DNA from: Acidimicrobiales bacterium
Lineage (GTDB): Bacteria; Actinomycetota; Acidimicrobiia; Acidimicrobiales; QHCF01
DNA length: 53,496 bases
Reading direction: 5' to 3'
NCBI GenBank assembly: GCA_036806345.1
Contig: DAIROT010000004.1
Span: 1 to 53,496, forward strand
Part shown: positions 42,963-51,308 of the stretch, one piece after another
How positions within the stretch are numbered: position 1 is the stretch's first letter
How the letters are laid out: every line of letters starts with the position of its first letter
Notes under the pieces: generated by a model
Database searches by the model: none
What the model was told of the DNA's origin: nothing
Seen by the model: the letters and a program-made list of their open reading frames with translations, nothing else
Made by a program: the position numbers and the translations under genes

Positions 42963-43715
42963 ATGCGTCGTCTGTTTCCCGAGCCAGTCAAAGAAGTCGA
43001 CCTGCGGTCCTGTTACGTCGTTCCCCGGGAGCAGGGCCCCGTTGTGCCGGCCAATCTGGTACGGGCCAACATGGTGACCAGCCTGGACGGGGCCGCCGCG
43101 GTGGGAGGCCGGGTTGGCCCGCTGTCCAACCCAGTGGATCTGGGCTTGCTGCATCTGCTGCGCAGCCTGGCCGACGTGGTGCTGGCGGGGGCGGAGACGG
43201 TTCGCGCTGAGCACTACCGACCGGTCAGGCTCAGCGATGCCGAACGCCGGGAGCGCCGGGTCGCCGGCCAGGCCGAGGTTCCCCCCATAGCCGTGATCAC
43301 CCGCACGGGTACCCTGGATCTGCAGTCGCCGTTTTTCAGCCAGGCCGAGGCGCGTCCGATCGTCCTCACTACCCACGCCATGTCCCTGGAACGCCGAAGG
43401 GCAGTCGAGACGGTGGCGGAGGTGGTGGTGGCCGGAGCCGACTCGGTGGACCTCTCAGTCGCCCTCGGCGCCCTGCGGGCCCGCGGCCTGGGCCACGTCC
43501 TGTGCGAGGGCGGCCCCCGTGTCCTGACCCAGTTGGTGGAGGCCGACCTGCTGGACGAGCTGTGCCTGACCGTGTCGCCCCGCCTGGCCGGTCGGCAACC
43601 GGTCCACCTGGGCGCCAGGGCGACTCTGGAGGCCCCAAAACAGTTGAACCTGGTCTCTGTCCTAGAAGATCAGGGCTTCTTGTACCTCAGGTACGCGCGA
43701 CAACCTGTCCCATGA
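42963..43715 (+). CDS. RibD C-terminal-domain (pyrimidine reductase/DHFR-like) family protein
   Basis: ...NMVTSLDGAA...DVVLAGAETVRAE... and ...VLCEGGPRVLTQL...LDELCLTVSPRLAG pattern of the RibD_C fold. Confidence 0.7.
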   Translation: MRRLFPEPVKEVDLRSCYVVPREQGPVVPANLVRANMVTSLDGAAAVGGRVGPLSNPVDLGLLHLLRSLADVVLAGAETVRAEHYRPVRLSDAERRERRVAGQAEVPPIAVITRTGTLDLQSPFFSQAEARPIVLTTHAMSLERRRAVETVAEVVVAGADSVDLSVALGALRARGLGHVLCEGGPRVLTQLVEADLLDELCLTVSPRLAGRQPVHLGARATLEAPKQLNLVSVLEDQGFLYLRYARQPVP

Positions 43716-43722
43716 CACCGGA

Positions 43723-44229
43723 CTACGCACCGAGAAGGCTCCGCAGGTAGGCCGCCTGACCCACGTGCTGCAGGCTGTCGTCGGCCACGCTGATCAGCCG
43801 TACCCCCATAGTGACCGGTGGGTCCCAATTCTCGTCAACCATGCGGTCGAGGTCGTCCGGCGCCAGCCCTTCCAGCAGCTTGCGGGTCCGGCCACTGACG
43901 GCGTCCAGGTACTCCAGGAGAACCTGCGGCTCTGCCGGGCGGACCGCCTGCATCTGCTCGGCCGAGTGTCCGTAACCGGTGTTCGACGGATCGGGGTCGA
44001 GGCCGCAGGAACCAGCCCAGTCGCCACTCACCCAGAGCTGGTCGGCGTCCATCAACTCGGCCACGTGGCTGTCCTGTACCCGGGCCAGATGCCATATCAG
44101 CCAGGCGATGGTGTTGGCACCCGGTGCCGGTGACTCGATGAGTCGGTCCGAGTCGACACCGTCAACCGCCCCCCGCGCCAGCGGAGGGATGCGGTCATAG
44201 AGCTCGATCAGAAGGGAGTTCACGTCCAT
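43723..44229 (-). CDS. DinB-superfamily protein (mycothiol-transferase-like four-helix bundle)
   Basis: ...NTIAWLIWHLARVQDSHV... and C-terminal ...DDSLQHVGQAAYLR His-containing helices typical of DinB_2/DUF664 proteins. Confidence 0.65.
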   Translation of the reverse strand: MDVNSLLIELYDRIPPLARGAVDGVDSDRLIESPAPGANTIAWLIWHLARVQDSHVAELMDADQLWVSGDWAGSCGLDPDPSNTGYGHSAEQMQAVRPAEPQVLLEYLDAVSGRTRKLLEGLAPDDLDRMVDENWDPPVTMGVRLISVADDSLQHVGQAAYLRSLLGA

Positions 44230-44231
44230 GC

Positions 44232-44246
44232 CGTGATTTCATCATG
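44232..44246. promoter_or_regulatory. AT-rich imperfect palindrome CGTGAT-ttc-ATCATG (possible Fur-family operator)
   Basis: 6-3-6 inverted repeat (5 of 6 arm positions pair) with a TGAT...ATCA core, in the divergent region between the DinB-like gene and fur. Confidence 0.3.
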
Positions 44247-44299
44247 GATGCGCCTGGCTTGCCGGGGCTGCCCCAGCGCGGTCCCCACCAGGGCACGAG

Positions 44300-44305
44300 T
44301 ACCAT
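44300..44305 (+). promoter_or_regulatory. Candidate -10 (TACCAT) positioned for a leaderless fur-family transcript
   Basis: TACCAT, then 6 nt, then the GTG start at 44312. No SD is possible at this spacing. Confidence 0.35.
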
Positions 44306-44311
44306 GGCCTG

Positions 44312-44743
44312 GTGGGAAACGGCGAAGCCTCGCTGCTGGAGCGCCTGAGGGAGCGTCAGTGGCGGATCACGCCTCAGCGACGTGTGGTGGCCGAGGTGCT
44401 CCACGGTGACCATGTTCACCTGACGGCGGAGGATGTCTTCGCCGGGGCCCGCGGCCGACTCCCCGAGATATCACTGGCCACCGTCTACAACACCTTGGGC
44501 GAGCTGGTGGCCATGGGGGAAGTTCGTGAGGTTCGGGCCGCCGGTGGCCCGGTGCGCTACGACCCCAATGCCGGATCATCCCATCAGCACCTGGTGTGCA
44601 CCAGCTGTGGGGCCCTGTTCGACGTGGACCCCTTGGGCGTGGCTGGGTTGGGCCTGTCGGAGGGGGATAGTCATGGCTTCTCCCTGGTTGACGTGGAGGT
44701 GACCTTTCGGGGACTGTGCCGGGACTGCGCCGGGCGTAGCTAG
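44312..44743 (+). CDS. Fur-family metalloregulator
   Basis: ...RITPQRRVVAEVL...LTAEDVF...SLATVYNTLGELV winged helix, then HQHLVCTSCG...CRDC (two CxxC pairs). Which subfamily (Fur/Zur/PerR) cannot be decided from sequence alone. Confidence 0.85.
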   Translation: MGNGEASLLERLRERQWRITPQRRVVAEVLHGDHVHLTAEDVFAGARGRLPEISLATVYNTLGELVAMGEVREVRAAGGPVRYDPNAGSSHQHLVCTSCGALFDVDPLGVAGLGLSEGDSHGFSLVDVEVTFRGLCRDCAGRS

Positions 44744-44756
44744 CCGACCTCAGCTG

Positions 44757-45521
44757 ATGGCTGTCATCGATCTCAACAGCGATCTGGGCGAGCTGGCGGG
44801 GCCATCGGGACGAGAGATTGACCGGGCCGTGCTGGACGTGGTGACGAGCGCCAACGTGGCATGCGGCTTCCATGCCGGTGATCGCCACACCATGGTCGAA
44901 ACGGTGCAGGCGGCAATTGAGCGGGGCGTGGTGGTGGGTGCGCACATCTCCTACCGGGATCGCCAGGGTTGGGGGCGCCGGCCGGTCGACCTGGACCCGA
45001 CGGAGCTCAGTGCCCAGGTGACCGAGCAGCTGCAGGCACTGGACGAGGTCTCCAGGACAGCCGGCACCAAGGTGGCCTACGTCAAGGCCCACGGTGCCCT
45101 GTACCACCGCATGGCGGTGGACCGGGAACAGGCCCAGGCGGTGATCTCGGCCATGCTGGCCCACGACCAGCGCTTGGTCCTGCTCACCCTCCCGGGCTCG
45201 GTGGCCCTGGACCTGGCCGAGCGAGCCAGCCTGGGAGCATGGGCGGAGGCCTTCGCCGACCGGGCCTACGACGCTGACGGCCAGCTGGTGTCCAGGGACC
45301 TGCCCGGCGCGGTGATCGAGGACGCCGATCTGGCGGCCGCTCGGGCCGTGCGCCTGGCCACGCAGTCCCAGGTGGAGGCGATCGACGCCAGTGTGGTGAC
45401 GGTCGAGGCCCGTTCCCTGTGCGTCCACGGTGACACGCCCGGGGCGGCGGAGGTGGCCCGTCGCATCCGTCACGCCCTGGAAGAAGCGGGCGTCACGATC
45501 TCCGCCTTCGCCGTCCAGTGA
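44757..45521 (+). CDS. pxpA: 5-oxoprolinase subunit A (LamB/YcsF family)
   Basis: IDLNSDLGE...ANVACGFHAGD...AHISYRD... signature. Confidence 0.9.
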   Translation: MAVIDLNSDLGELAGPSGREIDRAVLDVVTSANVACGFHAGDRHTMVETVQAAIERGVVVGAHISYRDRQGWGRRPVDLDPTELSAQVTEQLQALDEVSRTAGTKVAYVKAHGALYHRMAVDREQAQAVISAMLAHDQRLVLLTLPGSVALDLAERASLGAWAEAFADRAYDADGQLVSRDLPGAVIEDADLAAARAVRLATQSQVEAIDASVVTVEARSLCVHGDTPGAAEVARRIRHALEEAGVTISAFAVQ

Positions 45522-46147
45522 ACCATCACCTACAGGTGAGAGGCCTTCGTTTCCTGGGCGAGGCGGCCATGGTGGCCGAGGTCAACGACCAGGCCAGTGC
45601 CCACCGTCTGGCGGCGGCAGTCACGGCGGCCGGCCTGGCTGGGGTGCAGGACGTGGTGCCCGGGACCCGTACCGTCACCGTCCTGGCCGACCCGCAGCGG
45701 TGTGACATGGCAGATTTGGCCGTCATCCTGCGGACCCGGGAGCTGGCAGCTCGAGATCTGCCCGACCCACGGACCCACCAGATACCGGTGGTCTACGACG
45801 GAGAAGATCTCACCGACGTGGCTACCATGTGCCAGCTGTCCGTCGAGGAGGTGGTGCGCCGCCATTGCGGTGCCACCTATACGGTCGCCCTTGTCGGCTT
45901 CTCGCCCGGCTTTGCCTACCTGACCGGCCTCGACCCGGCCCTGACGGTATCCCGCCGGGCCACGCCGCGTACCGCAGTCCCCCCCGGGTCAGTGGCTCTG
46001 GCCGAAGACCACACGGCCATCTATCCCCAGGCTACACCGGGCGGTTGGCAGGTGATCGGGCGTACCAACACCGTGCTCTTCGACCCTCATGGCGATCCCC
46101 CTGCACTCCTGCGCCCCGCCGACCGGGTCCGTCTGGTGGCGTCCTAG
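45518..46147 (+). CDS. pxpB: 5-oxoprolinase subunit B (KipI/allophanate hydrolase subunit 1 family)
   Basis: Cyclophilin-like CT_C_D pattern (...VPGTRTVTV..., ...VGFSPGFAYL...). 4-nt overlap with pxpA and directly abuts pxpC. Confidence 0.85.
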   Translation: MNHHLQVRGLRFLGEAAMVAEVNDQASAHRLAAAVTAAGLAGVQDVVPGTRTVTVLADPQRCDMADLAVILRTRELAARDLPDPRTHQIPVVYDGEDLTDVATMCQLSVEEVVRRHCGATYTVALVGFSPGFAYLTGLDPALTVSRRATPRTAVPPGSVALAEDHTAIYPQATPGGWQVIGRTNTVLFDPHGDPPALLRPADRVRLVAS

Positions 46148-47107
46148 ATGATCACGGTGGTCCGCCCGGGGCCGCTCACCACCGTCCAGGATCTTGGCCG
46201 GGTCGGATATGCCCACCTGGGCGTGCCCCGGGCCGGGGCCATGGACGCGGTGAGCCTGCGTCTGGCCAACCGACTGGTGGCCAACCCCGACGGGGCTCCG
46301 GCCCTGGAGATCACCATGAGCGGTCCGGAGCTGGCCTTCGGAATTGACACGGCCATCGCCCTGGTGGGCGGCCATGTCGAAGCCGCGGTCGACGGAGCCG
46401 CCGTACCAACGGCCGAGACCCTGGAAATCCGGGCCGGCCAGACGCTTCGGGTGGGGCAGGTGCGCGCCGGGCTGCGGGCCTATCTGGCGGTAGGCGGGGG
46501 CCTGGCGGTGGACACTGTGCTGGGCAGCGCCAGCTGCGACACCCTCGCGGGGATAGGGCCGCCGCCCCTGCGGGCCGGGGACCATCTGGGTGTGGGCCAC
46601 TTGTGCCGGGACCACACGCCGCCCCTGCGCCGGCTTCGGGTCGATCTGAGCTACTCCCCCGACAACGAGGTGCGGGTGGTGCTCGGTCCGCGGGACGACC
46701 GGGCCACCTCGGCTGGGCTGAAACGCCTGCTGAGTGAGGAATTCGCGGTGACGGCGTCCTGCGATCGCACCGGGGCCCGGCTGGCCGGCCCGACCATCGA
46801 GATGGTCGCAGGGGTCGCGCCCCTGGGTTCCGAGGCCATGGTGGCCGGAGCCATCCAGGTGCCCCCCGGCGGCCAGCCCGTCATCTTGCTGGCCAACCAC
46901 GCCACCCACGGTGGGTACGCGGTAGTGGCGGTGGTGGCCGGGGCAGACCTGGCGTTGGTGGCCCAGAGCCGTCCGGCGGGAAAGATAAAATTTCGAGAGA
47001 TAGGCAAGGAGGAGGCATTGGAAGCCCTCCTCGCCCAGGAGCGCCAAATGGACGAGGCGGTACTGCCTCATGGGGCCAGCCGCACCCGCCGGAACCCCTC
47101 GGCGTAG
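46148..47107 (+). CDS. pxpC: 5-oxoprolinase subunit C (KipA/allophanate hydrolase subunit 2 family)
   Basis: VRPGPLTTVQDLGRVGYAHLGVPRAGAMD N-terminus and ...TGARLAGP...GAIQVPPGGQPVILLANHATHGGY. Confidence 0.85.
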   Translation: MITVVRPGPLTTVQDLGRVGYAHLGVPRAGAMDAVSLRLANRLVANPDGAPALEITMSGPELAFGIDTAIALVGGHVEAAVDGAAVPTAETLEIRAGQTLRVGQVRAGLRAYLAVGGGLAVDTVLGSASCDTLAGIGPPPLRAGDHLGVGHLCRDHTPPLRRLRVDLSYSPDNEVRVVLGPRDDRATSAGLKRLLSEEFAVTASCDRTGARLAGPTIEMVAGVAPLGSEAMVAGAIQVPPGGQPVILLANHATHGGYAVVAVVAGADLALVAQSRPAGKIKFREIGKEEALEALLAQERQMDEAVLPHGASRTRRNPSA

Positions 47108-47817
47108 CCGCCTCCAGCCCGGGCGCCGGCCTCCTCGGCGCGTTGGCGCACCACCGTGCGCAGCCACCCCCCCCCCTCGTCCAGCTGACTGGCGTGGCAA
47201 AGGAGGGCCTCCACCTTGGCCTCCAGGGTGGCGGTGACGTCCACCCACACGTCGGGTTCGAAGGTGCCCGACAGGTAGGCGGTCCGGACCTGGTGAGCCG
47301 GCCCGGCATCGGGATAGTAGAGGGGGAGGGCGGCGGCCGGAGCCACCGCATGCAACGCCGCCCAACCCACCACCCGATGGTCCCGGTGATTGAAGTAATC
47401 CTGGCCGAAGAAGACCGCCAGGGGGTCAGGGCAAACCACCACCTCGGGTCGCAATCGGCGCACCAGCGTTACCAGCTCAGCCCGCAGATGAGTATCGTCC
47501 TCCAGCTCTCCGTCGGGGTGGCCCAGCGTGTGGTGGCCGGCCAGGCCCAGGTGGGCGGCGGCGGCGGCCATCTCCCCGGCCCGCCGGGCGACCAGCTCGT
47601 CCGACTTGGTGGCCGGGTCGGAGGTCCCCTTGTCTCCCTGAGCACACACCACCACATGGACCTGCGAGCCGGCCCGCACCCAGCGAGCCAGGGTGCCCCC
47701 ACAGGACACCTCGGGGTCGTCGGGGTGGGCGTAGACGGCCAGGGCGCTGGCCGGAGCCTGGTTGATGAGCTCCGCCATCGCCCGCAGCGTAGGCCGGGCG
47801 GTTGGCTGTCTGCCCAT
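47068..47817 (-). CDS. PIG-L/LmbE-family deacetylase (second copy)
   Basis: LAVYAHPDDPEVSCGGT...VVCAQGDKG motif. Its 3' end overlaps the pxpC 3' end by 40 nt (convergent). Confidence 0.8.
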   Translation of the reverse strand: MGRQPTARPTLRAMAELINQAPASALAVYAHPDDPEVSCGGTLARWVRAGSQVHVVVCAQGDKGTSDPATKSDELVARRAGEMAAAAAHLGLAGHHTLGHPDGELEDDTHLRAELVTLVRRLRPEVVVCPDPLAVFFGQDYFNHRDHRVVGWAALHAVAPAAALPLYYPDAGPAHQVRTAYLSGTFEPDVWVDVTATLEAKVEALLCHASQLDEGGGWLRTVVRQRAEEAGARAGGGYAEGFRRVRLAP

Positions 47818-47874
47818 GTTTTCGGCGCGCGGCGGTGGCTTTCTGGGATCCGCCGGTGCGAAAAACGCTCACCT

Positions 47875-47892
47875 GGCGGTCCCAAAACCGCC
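47875..47892 (-). terminator. Possible stem-loop downstream of ltaE (GGCGGT-tttggg-ACCGCC)
   Basis: A 6-bp GC stem with a 6-nt loop begins 8 nt after the ltaE stop on the minus strand. A T5 run follows only after about 10 nt, so this is a weak intrinsic-terminator candidate. Confidence 0.25.
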
Positions 47893-47899
47893 CCCGCGC

Positions 47900-48970
47900 C
47901 TATGGCGCGGCGGCGATGGCCTTGGCCGCTCGCTCGATGCCCCGGTCGTCGACGTCATAGTGGGTCACCAGGCGAACCATTCCCGGGGCTATGGTGGCAC
48001 CCAGGACTCCCTCGGCCCGGAAGTGAGCCAGGAGCCGGTCGGGTTGGTGATGGCGCCATATCACCATGTTGGTGGCCACCGTGGTGGGGTCAAGGCCGGC
48101 CTGCGGCCAGCGCTGCGCAACCGCTTCGGCCAGACACCGAGCCCGGACGTGGTCCTCGGCCAGGCGGTCGACCATCGTCTCCAGGGCGACTAGGCCGGCG
48201 GCCGCGATGATGCCCGCCTGGCGCATGGCGCCGCCCAGGACGGCCCGCTCCTCCCGAGCCCGGGCCATCACGTCGGTCGGACCAGCCAGCAGTGACCCCA
48301 CCGGCGCGCCGAGCCCCTTGGACAAACAGCACATCACTGTGGTGCAACTGGTGGCATAGGTTGCCGCCGGGATGGCGGTTGCCACCTCGGCGTTGAACAG
48401 GCGGGCGCCGTCCATGTGCAGCGCCAAACCGACGCCCTCGGCCGCCCGAGCCACCTCCCGCAGGGCCGCAAGTGGCCACGGCACCCCGCCCGCCGGCATG
48501 TGGGTGTTCTCCACGCAGACCAGACTCGGCTGGGGTCGGAGATGGCACGCCGCCTCCACCGCCTCGGTCACCTCGACGGGCGAAAAGATGCCGTTGGTGT
48601 CGTCCACCGTCCGCAGGGCGACACCGGCGTTGCGCTGGGCGCCTCCGTGCTCGTAGATGACCACGTGCTGGCGGCGGCCGGCCACCACAATCGCCCCCGG
48701 CTGGGTCAGGGTGCGCAGCGCCACCTGGTTGCCCATGGTCCCCGACGGCACATAGAGGGCGGCCTGCTTGCCCATCCTGGCGGCGAACACCTCCTCCAGG
48801 GCGTTGACGCTGGGATCCTCGCGGTAGACGTCATCCCCCACCTCGGCCGCGGCCATGGCCCGGCGCATCTCGGGTGTTGGCCGGGTGACGGTGTCCGAGC
48901 GAAGGTCGACCAGGCCGGCGTCAGGCGCAGGCATTGGCGGCCACGCTATTCGAGGTCCGGTCGGCGCCAA
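47900..48970 (-). CDS. ltaE: Low-specificity L-threonine aldolase
   Basis: [19 protein letters not shown]...[16 protein letters not shown] and ...[12 protein letters not shown] (PLP lysine) motifs. The start may be the internal ATG at 48934. Confidence 0.88.
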   Translation of the reverse strand: MAPTGPRIAWPPMPAPDAGLVDLRSDTVTRPTPEMRRAMAAAEVGDDVYREDPSVNALEEVFAARMGKQAALYVPSGTMGNQVALRTLTQPGAIVVAGRRQHVVIYEHGGAQRNAGVALRTVDDTNGIFSPVEVTEAVEAACHLRPQPSLVCVENTHMPAGGVPWPLAALREVARAAEGVGLALHMDGARLFNAEVATAIPAATYATSCTTVMCCLSKGLGAPVGSLLAGPTDVMARAREERAVLGGAMRQAGIIAAAGLVALETMVDRLAEDHVRARCLAEAVAQRWPQAGLDPTTVATNMVIWRHHQPDRLLAHFRAEGVLGATIAPGMVRLVTHYDVDDRGIERAAKAIAAAP

Positions 48971-49131
48971 CCCACTTCAGCAGTTGGCCAGAGCGGCCGG
49001 CGCGCACAGATTCGCAGTGCCCGACTCTCGGTCACCCGGTCGAAGATCCGGCGTGCGAAGTCCGGACGATCATGGGTGTGGGTGATGGCGATGTAGGCCC
49101 CACCCAGCAGCCCGAGGCTGCAGAGACTCTC

Positions 49132-49794
49132 TCAGCTCCAATCTGGGTGCTCGACCTCGACCGGGGGCAGGTCTGCCACCTCGTCCTTGGTCAGCGCCAA
49201 GCGGATGCCGTCGGCAACCCCCGTCACCGCGCTGATCGGAATGGCCACCTCCTTGCGTCCCCAGAGGTGGCCCTCTTGAAGGAGCACGTGGGTGACATGA
49301 CGATCGTTGGGATCTATCACCAAACCTTGAACCCGTCCGAGGGTCCCGTCGGTGGCGTGCACCTGCTCGCCCCGACGAACCTCCACCTCTCCCACGGGTA
49401 TGCGGTCATGCACCATGGGGACGCTGGCGTTACCCATCCCCATCCCCATCCCCATCCCTGTGCCCAGCCCGTAATACGGCCACGCCGACACCTGGCCCGG
49501 TGCGTAACCCAGGCCGATGGGTGCGTCAGGCAGGAACTCCGTTTCCTGGGCGTCGGCCAACTTTGCGAACTCGTCCGTCCCGCACCGCAACAGCACGCGG
49601 TCCGTGCTGTCCTCCACGAGGTCAATGGGCACGAGTCGTCCAAGGCCTCGTCGGTGCTTGGGCTCGACTACCAAATGGGTAACGATCCGGGCAACCGGAT
49701 CGACCACGACGCGGCTGAGGTCCCCACATACCCCATTGCTGCAGGCGACTTCCGCTCCGATGGGAAACTGCATCGACTCATTCACCGCGACCAC
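49132..49794 (-). CDS. Tandem PRC-barrel-like domain protein
   Basis: Two copies of the pattern V.a.dG.lG.v.glviDp....vthlvv (CSNGVCGDLSRVVVDPVARIVTHLVV and ATDGTLGRVQGLVIDPNDRHVTHVLL), joined by a Gly/Met-rich linker. Confidence 0.6.
   Translation of the reverse strand: MVAVNESMQFPIGAEVACSNGVCGDLSRVVVDPVARIVTHLVVEPKHRRGLGRLVPIDLVEDSTDRVLLRCGTDEFAKLADAQETEFLPDAPIGLGYAPGQVSAWPYYGLGTGMGMGMGMGNASVPMVHDRIPVGEVEVRRGEQVHATDGTLGRVQGLVIDPNDRHVTHVLLQEGHLWGRKEVAIPISAVTGVADGIRLALTKDEVADLPPVEVEHPDWS
49435..49458 (-). repeat. Hexanucleotide repeat (catccc)4 encoding (GM)4 in the PRC-barrel protein linker
   Basis: Read directly at 49435-49458. Confidence 0.9.
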
Positions 49795-49822
49795 CTCTCG
49801 TTACCCTAGAATAGCTACCCAA

Positions 49823-49838
49823 GGCCAGTCGCCTGGCC
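49823..49838. promoter_or_regulatory. Perfect palindrome GGCCAG-tcgc-CTGGCC downstream of a TAGAAT -10-like hexamer (possible ArsR-type operator)
   Basis: TAGAAT at 49807-49812. The palindrome starts 10 nt later, upstream of the CxxC-protein/cupin/ArsR operon (start 49897). Confidence 0.3.
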
Positions 49839-49896
49839 CTGGCCGAGACCGGCGGGGAGGGCGGCGCGTCGAGCGCCGAGCATAGGAGGCAATCAG

Positions 49897-50238
49897 TTGC
49901 AGACCATCGTGGGGCTGGCCAACAGCAACTGCTCGTGGTGCCTGAACACCATGTCGGATCGTCTGGCCGCCAGGCCATTGGTACGAAGCGTGCACCTCAA
50001 CGCGGCGTCGGGATGCCTGGTGGTCGAGCACGACCACGACGATCCGGCGGCACTGGTGGCCGAGATACACGACGACCTGCGGGGCTGGGAGGTGGGCGAC
50101 AACGGTGAGACCGTGATGGTCGACCTCGATGTCCACGAAGAGTCGGCGTGCCGGTTGGCCCCCAGCGTCCTGGGCCATCAATCCACACCCGAGCGACATG
50201 GCGCCGCGGCGCAACACCCAAGGGAGGGACTTCCTTGA
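49897..50238 (+). CDS. Hypothetical small protein with CxxC motif (possible HMA/ferredoxin-like fold)
   Basis: TTG start 6 nt after AGGAGG. ...LANSNCSWCLNTMSDRLAARPLVRSVHLNAASGCLVVEHD resembles a metal-binding beta-alpha-beta-beta module, but it lacks the canonical GMxCxxC. TTGA overlap with the next gene. Confidence 0.45.
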   Translation: MQTIVGLANSNCSWCLNTMSDRLAARPLVRSVHLNAASGCLVVEHDHDDPAALVAEIHDDLRGWEVGDNGETVMVDLDVHEESACRLAPSVLGHQSTPERHGAAAQHPREGLP

Positions 50239-50576
50239 GCCCAGATGAGGGGTCGCCGCCCTTGGCAGGGACTGGGTCCTTTCGATCGTTTGTCCGATTC
50301 GACCCTGACCAACCCGTCGTCGCCAGTGTCACAGCACATCGCTCGACCAAGGTGTTCGTGGTGTGCCTCGAGGTGGACCAGGAGCTCCCCCAGCATCCCG
50401 CCCCAATGGAGCTGACGCTGCTGGTCATCGAAGGACAACCAACCGTAACCGTTGCTGATAAAGCCACGCTCGCTGCCGCCGGTGACGTCATGGTGATGGC
50501 GGTCAGAACCCCCCACTCCCTGAAGGCTGGAGCGCAGCGCGCAATCGTGGTAGGCGTACTTCAAGCTCGGGAATGA
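50235..50576 (+). CDS. Cupin-domain protein
   Basis: ...FVVCLEVDQELPQHPAPMELTLLVIEGQPTV...GDVMVMAVRTPHSLKA two-motif cupin pattern. TTG at 50235. The ORF-track start at 50148 overlaps the previous gene. Confidence 0.6.
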   Translation: MSPDEGSPPLAGTGSFRSFVRFDPDQPVVASVTAHRSTKVFVVCLEVDQELPQHPAPMELTLLVIEGQPTVTVADKATLAAAGDVMVMAVRTPHSLKAGAQRAIVVGVLQARE

Positions 50577-51304
50577 CCGTCATTGTTCCGCCCGGACCAC
50601 AAGATTCCGGTCTCCGAGACCACGGAGTGAGACGGCCACTCGAGCTGCAGCAGGCGGCGAAGGCACTGGGAGACCCGACTCGCCACCGCATCTTCCGTTA
50701 CGTGGCCGAGGCAGTGGCCCCGGTCGGAGTGGCCGAGCTCACCGATTTCATGAGTCTCAACCACAACGCCGTGCGCCAGCATCTCAGCGTGCTCAGGGCG
50801 GCCGGATTGGTTGTCGAGGGGCTCGAAGATCGCCAGCGCCCCGGCCGACCTCGCCTTATGTATCAACTGCACCCGGAGGCGGCCGGGACCTGGGGTATTC
50901 CGGGTCCATACCAGTACCTGGCGGGATTGCTGGCTGAAGCGTTGTCAAACGGGAGGAGTCCCCGAGTAGCCGGGCGCGCCGCGGGCCGACGCGAGTTCAC
51001 CCGGCCGGGTCCGGGTGAAGACCCCCTCGATGTCATCGAAGCGGAGATGACCCGCGAAGGGTTTCGACCCAGCCGGGCCACGCAGGGCGACAGGATCGAC
51101 TTCGTCCTCGGTCGCTGTCCCTTCGAGCACGTGGCAGTGGGCAACCAAGACACCGTGTGCCAATTGCACCTCGGGCTGGCCGAGGGCATGGCCGACCGTA
51201 TGGGTGGACTCGAGGTTCTCCGGCTGGTGGACCAGAACCCCCGGCAAGCGGGCTGTCGCCTCCTCCTGCGTCGAAGTCACGATCCGGCTGGCGCTCACTG
51301 CTGA
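50573..51304 (+). CDS. ArsR-type winged-helix transcriptional regulator with C-terminal extension
   Basis: ALGDPTRHRIFRYV...VAELTDFMSLNHNAVRQHLSVLRAAGLV HTH. ATGA overlap with the cupin gene. Confidence 0.75.
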   Translation: MTVIVPPGPQDSGLRDHGVRRPLELQQAAKALGDPTRHRIFRYVAEAVAPVGVAELTDFMSLNHNAVRQHLSVLRAAGLVVEGLEDRQRPGRPRLMYQLHPEAAGTWGIPGPYQYLAGLLAEALSNGRSPRVAGRAAGRREFTRPGPGEDPLDVIEAEMTREGFRPSRATQGDRIDFVLGRCPFEHVAVGNQDTVCQLHLGLAEGMADRMGGLEVLRLVDQNPRQAGCRLLLRRSHDPAGAHC

Positions 51305-51308
51305 ACAG

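Noticed and set aside
42743-42991. 82-aa minus-strand ORF upstream of dinB
   Set aside because: It overlaps the 5' end of the RibD_C-family gene, has no recognisable motif and has an Arg/Gly/Ser-rich composition. Only the acidic C-terminus (LLTDDDYDLAGK) looks protein-like, so the evidence is insufficient.
45989-47365. 458-aa minus-strand ORF
   Set aside because: Antisense to pxpB/pxpC, which have clear KipI/KipA signatures. Composition is Gly/Arg/Pro-rich.
48971-49131. ITHTHDRPD (metallo-beta-lactamase-like HxHxD) in a minus-strand frame of the ltaE/PRC-barrel spacer
   Set aside because: The frame is merely the read-through frame after the PRC-barrel stop. It has no start codon, is under 60 codons long and runs into ltaE, so it is probably coincidental. 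A pseudogene remnant cannot be excluded without a homology search.
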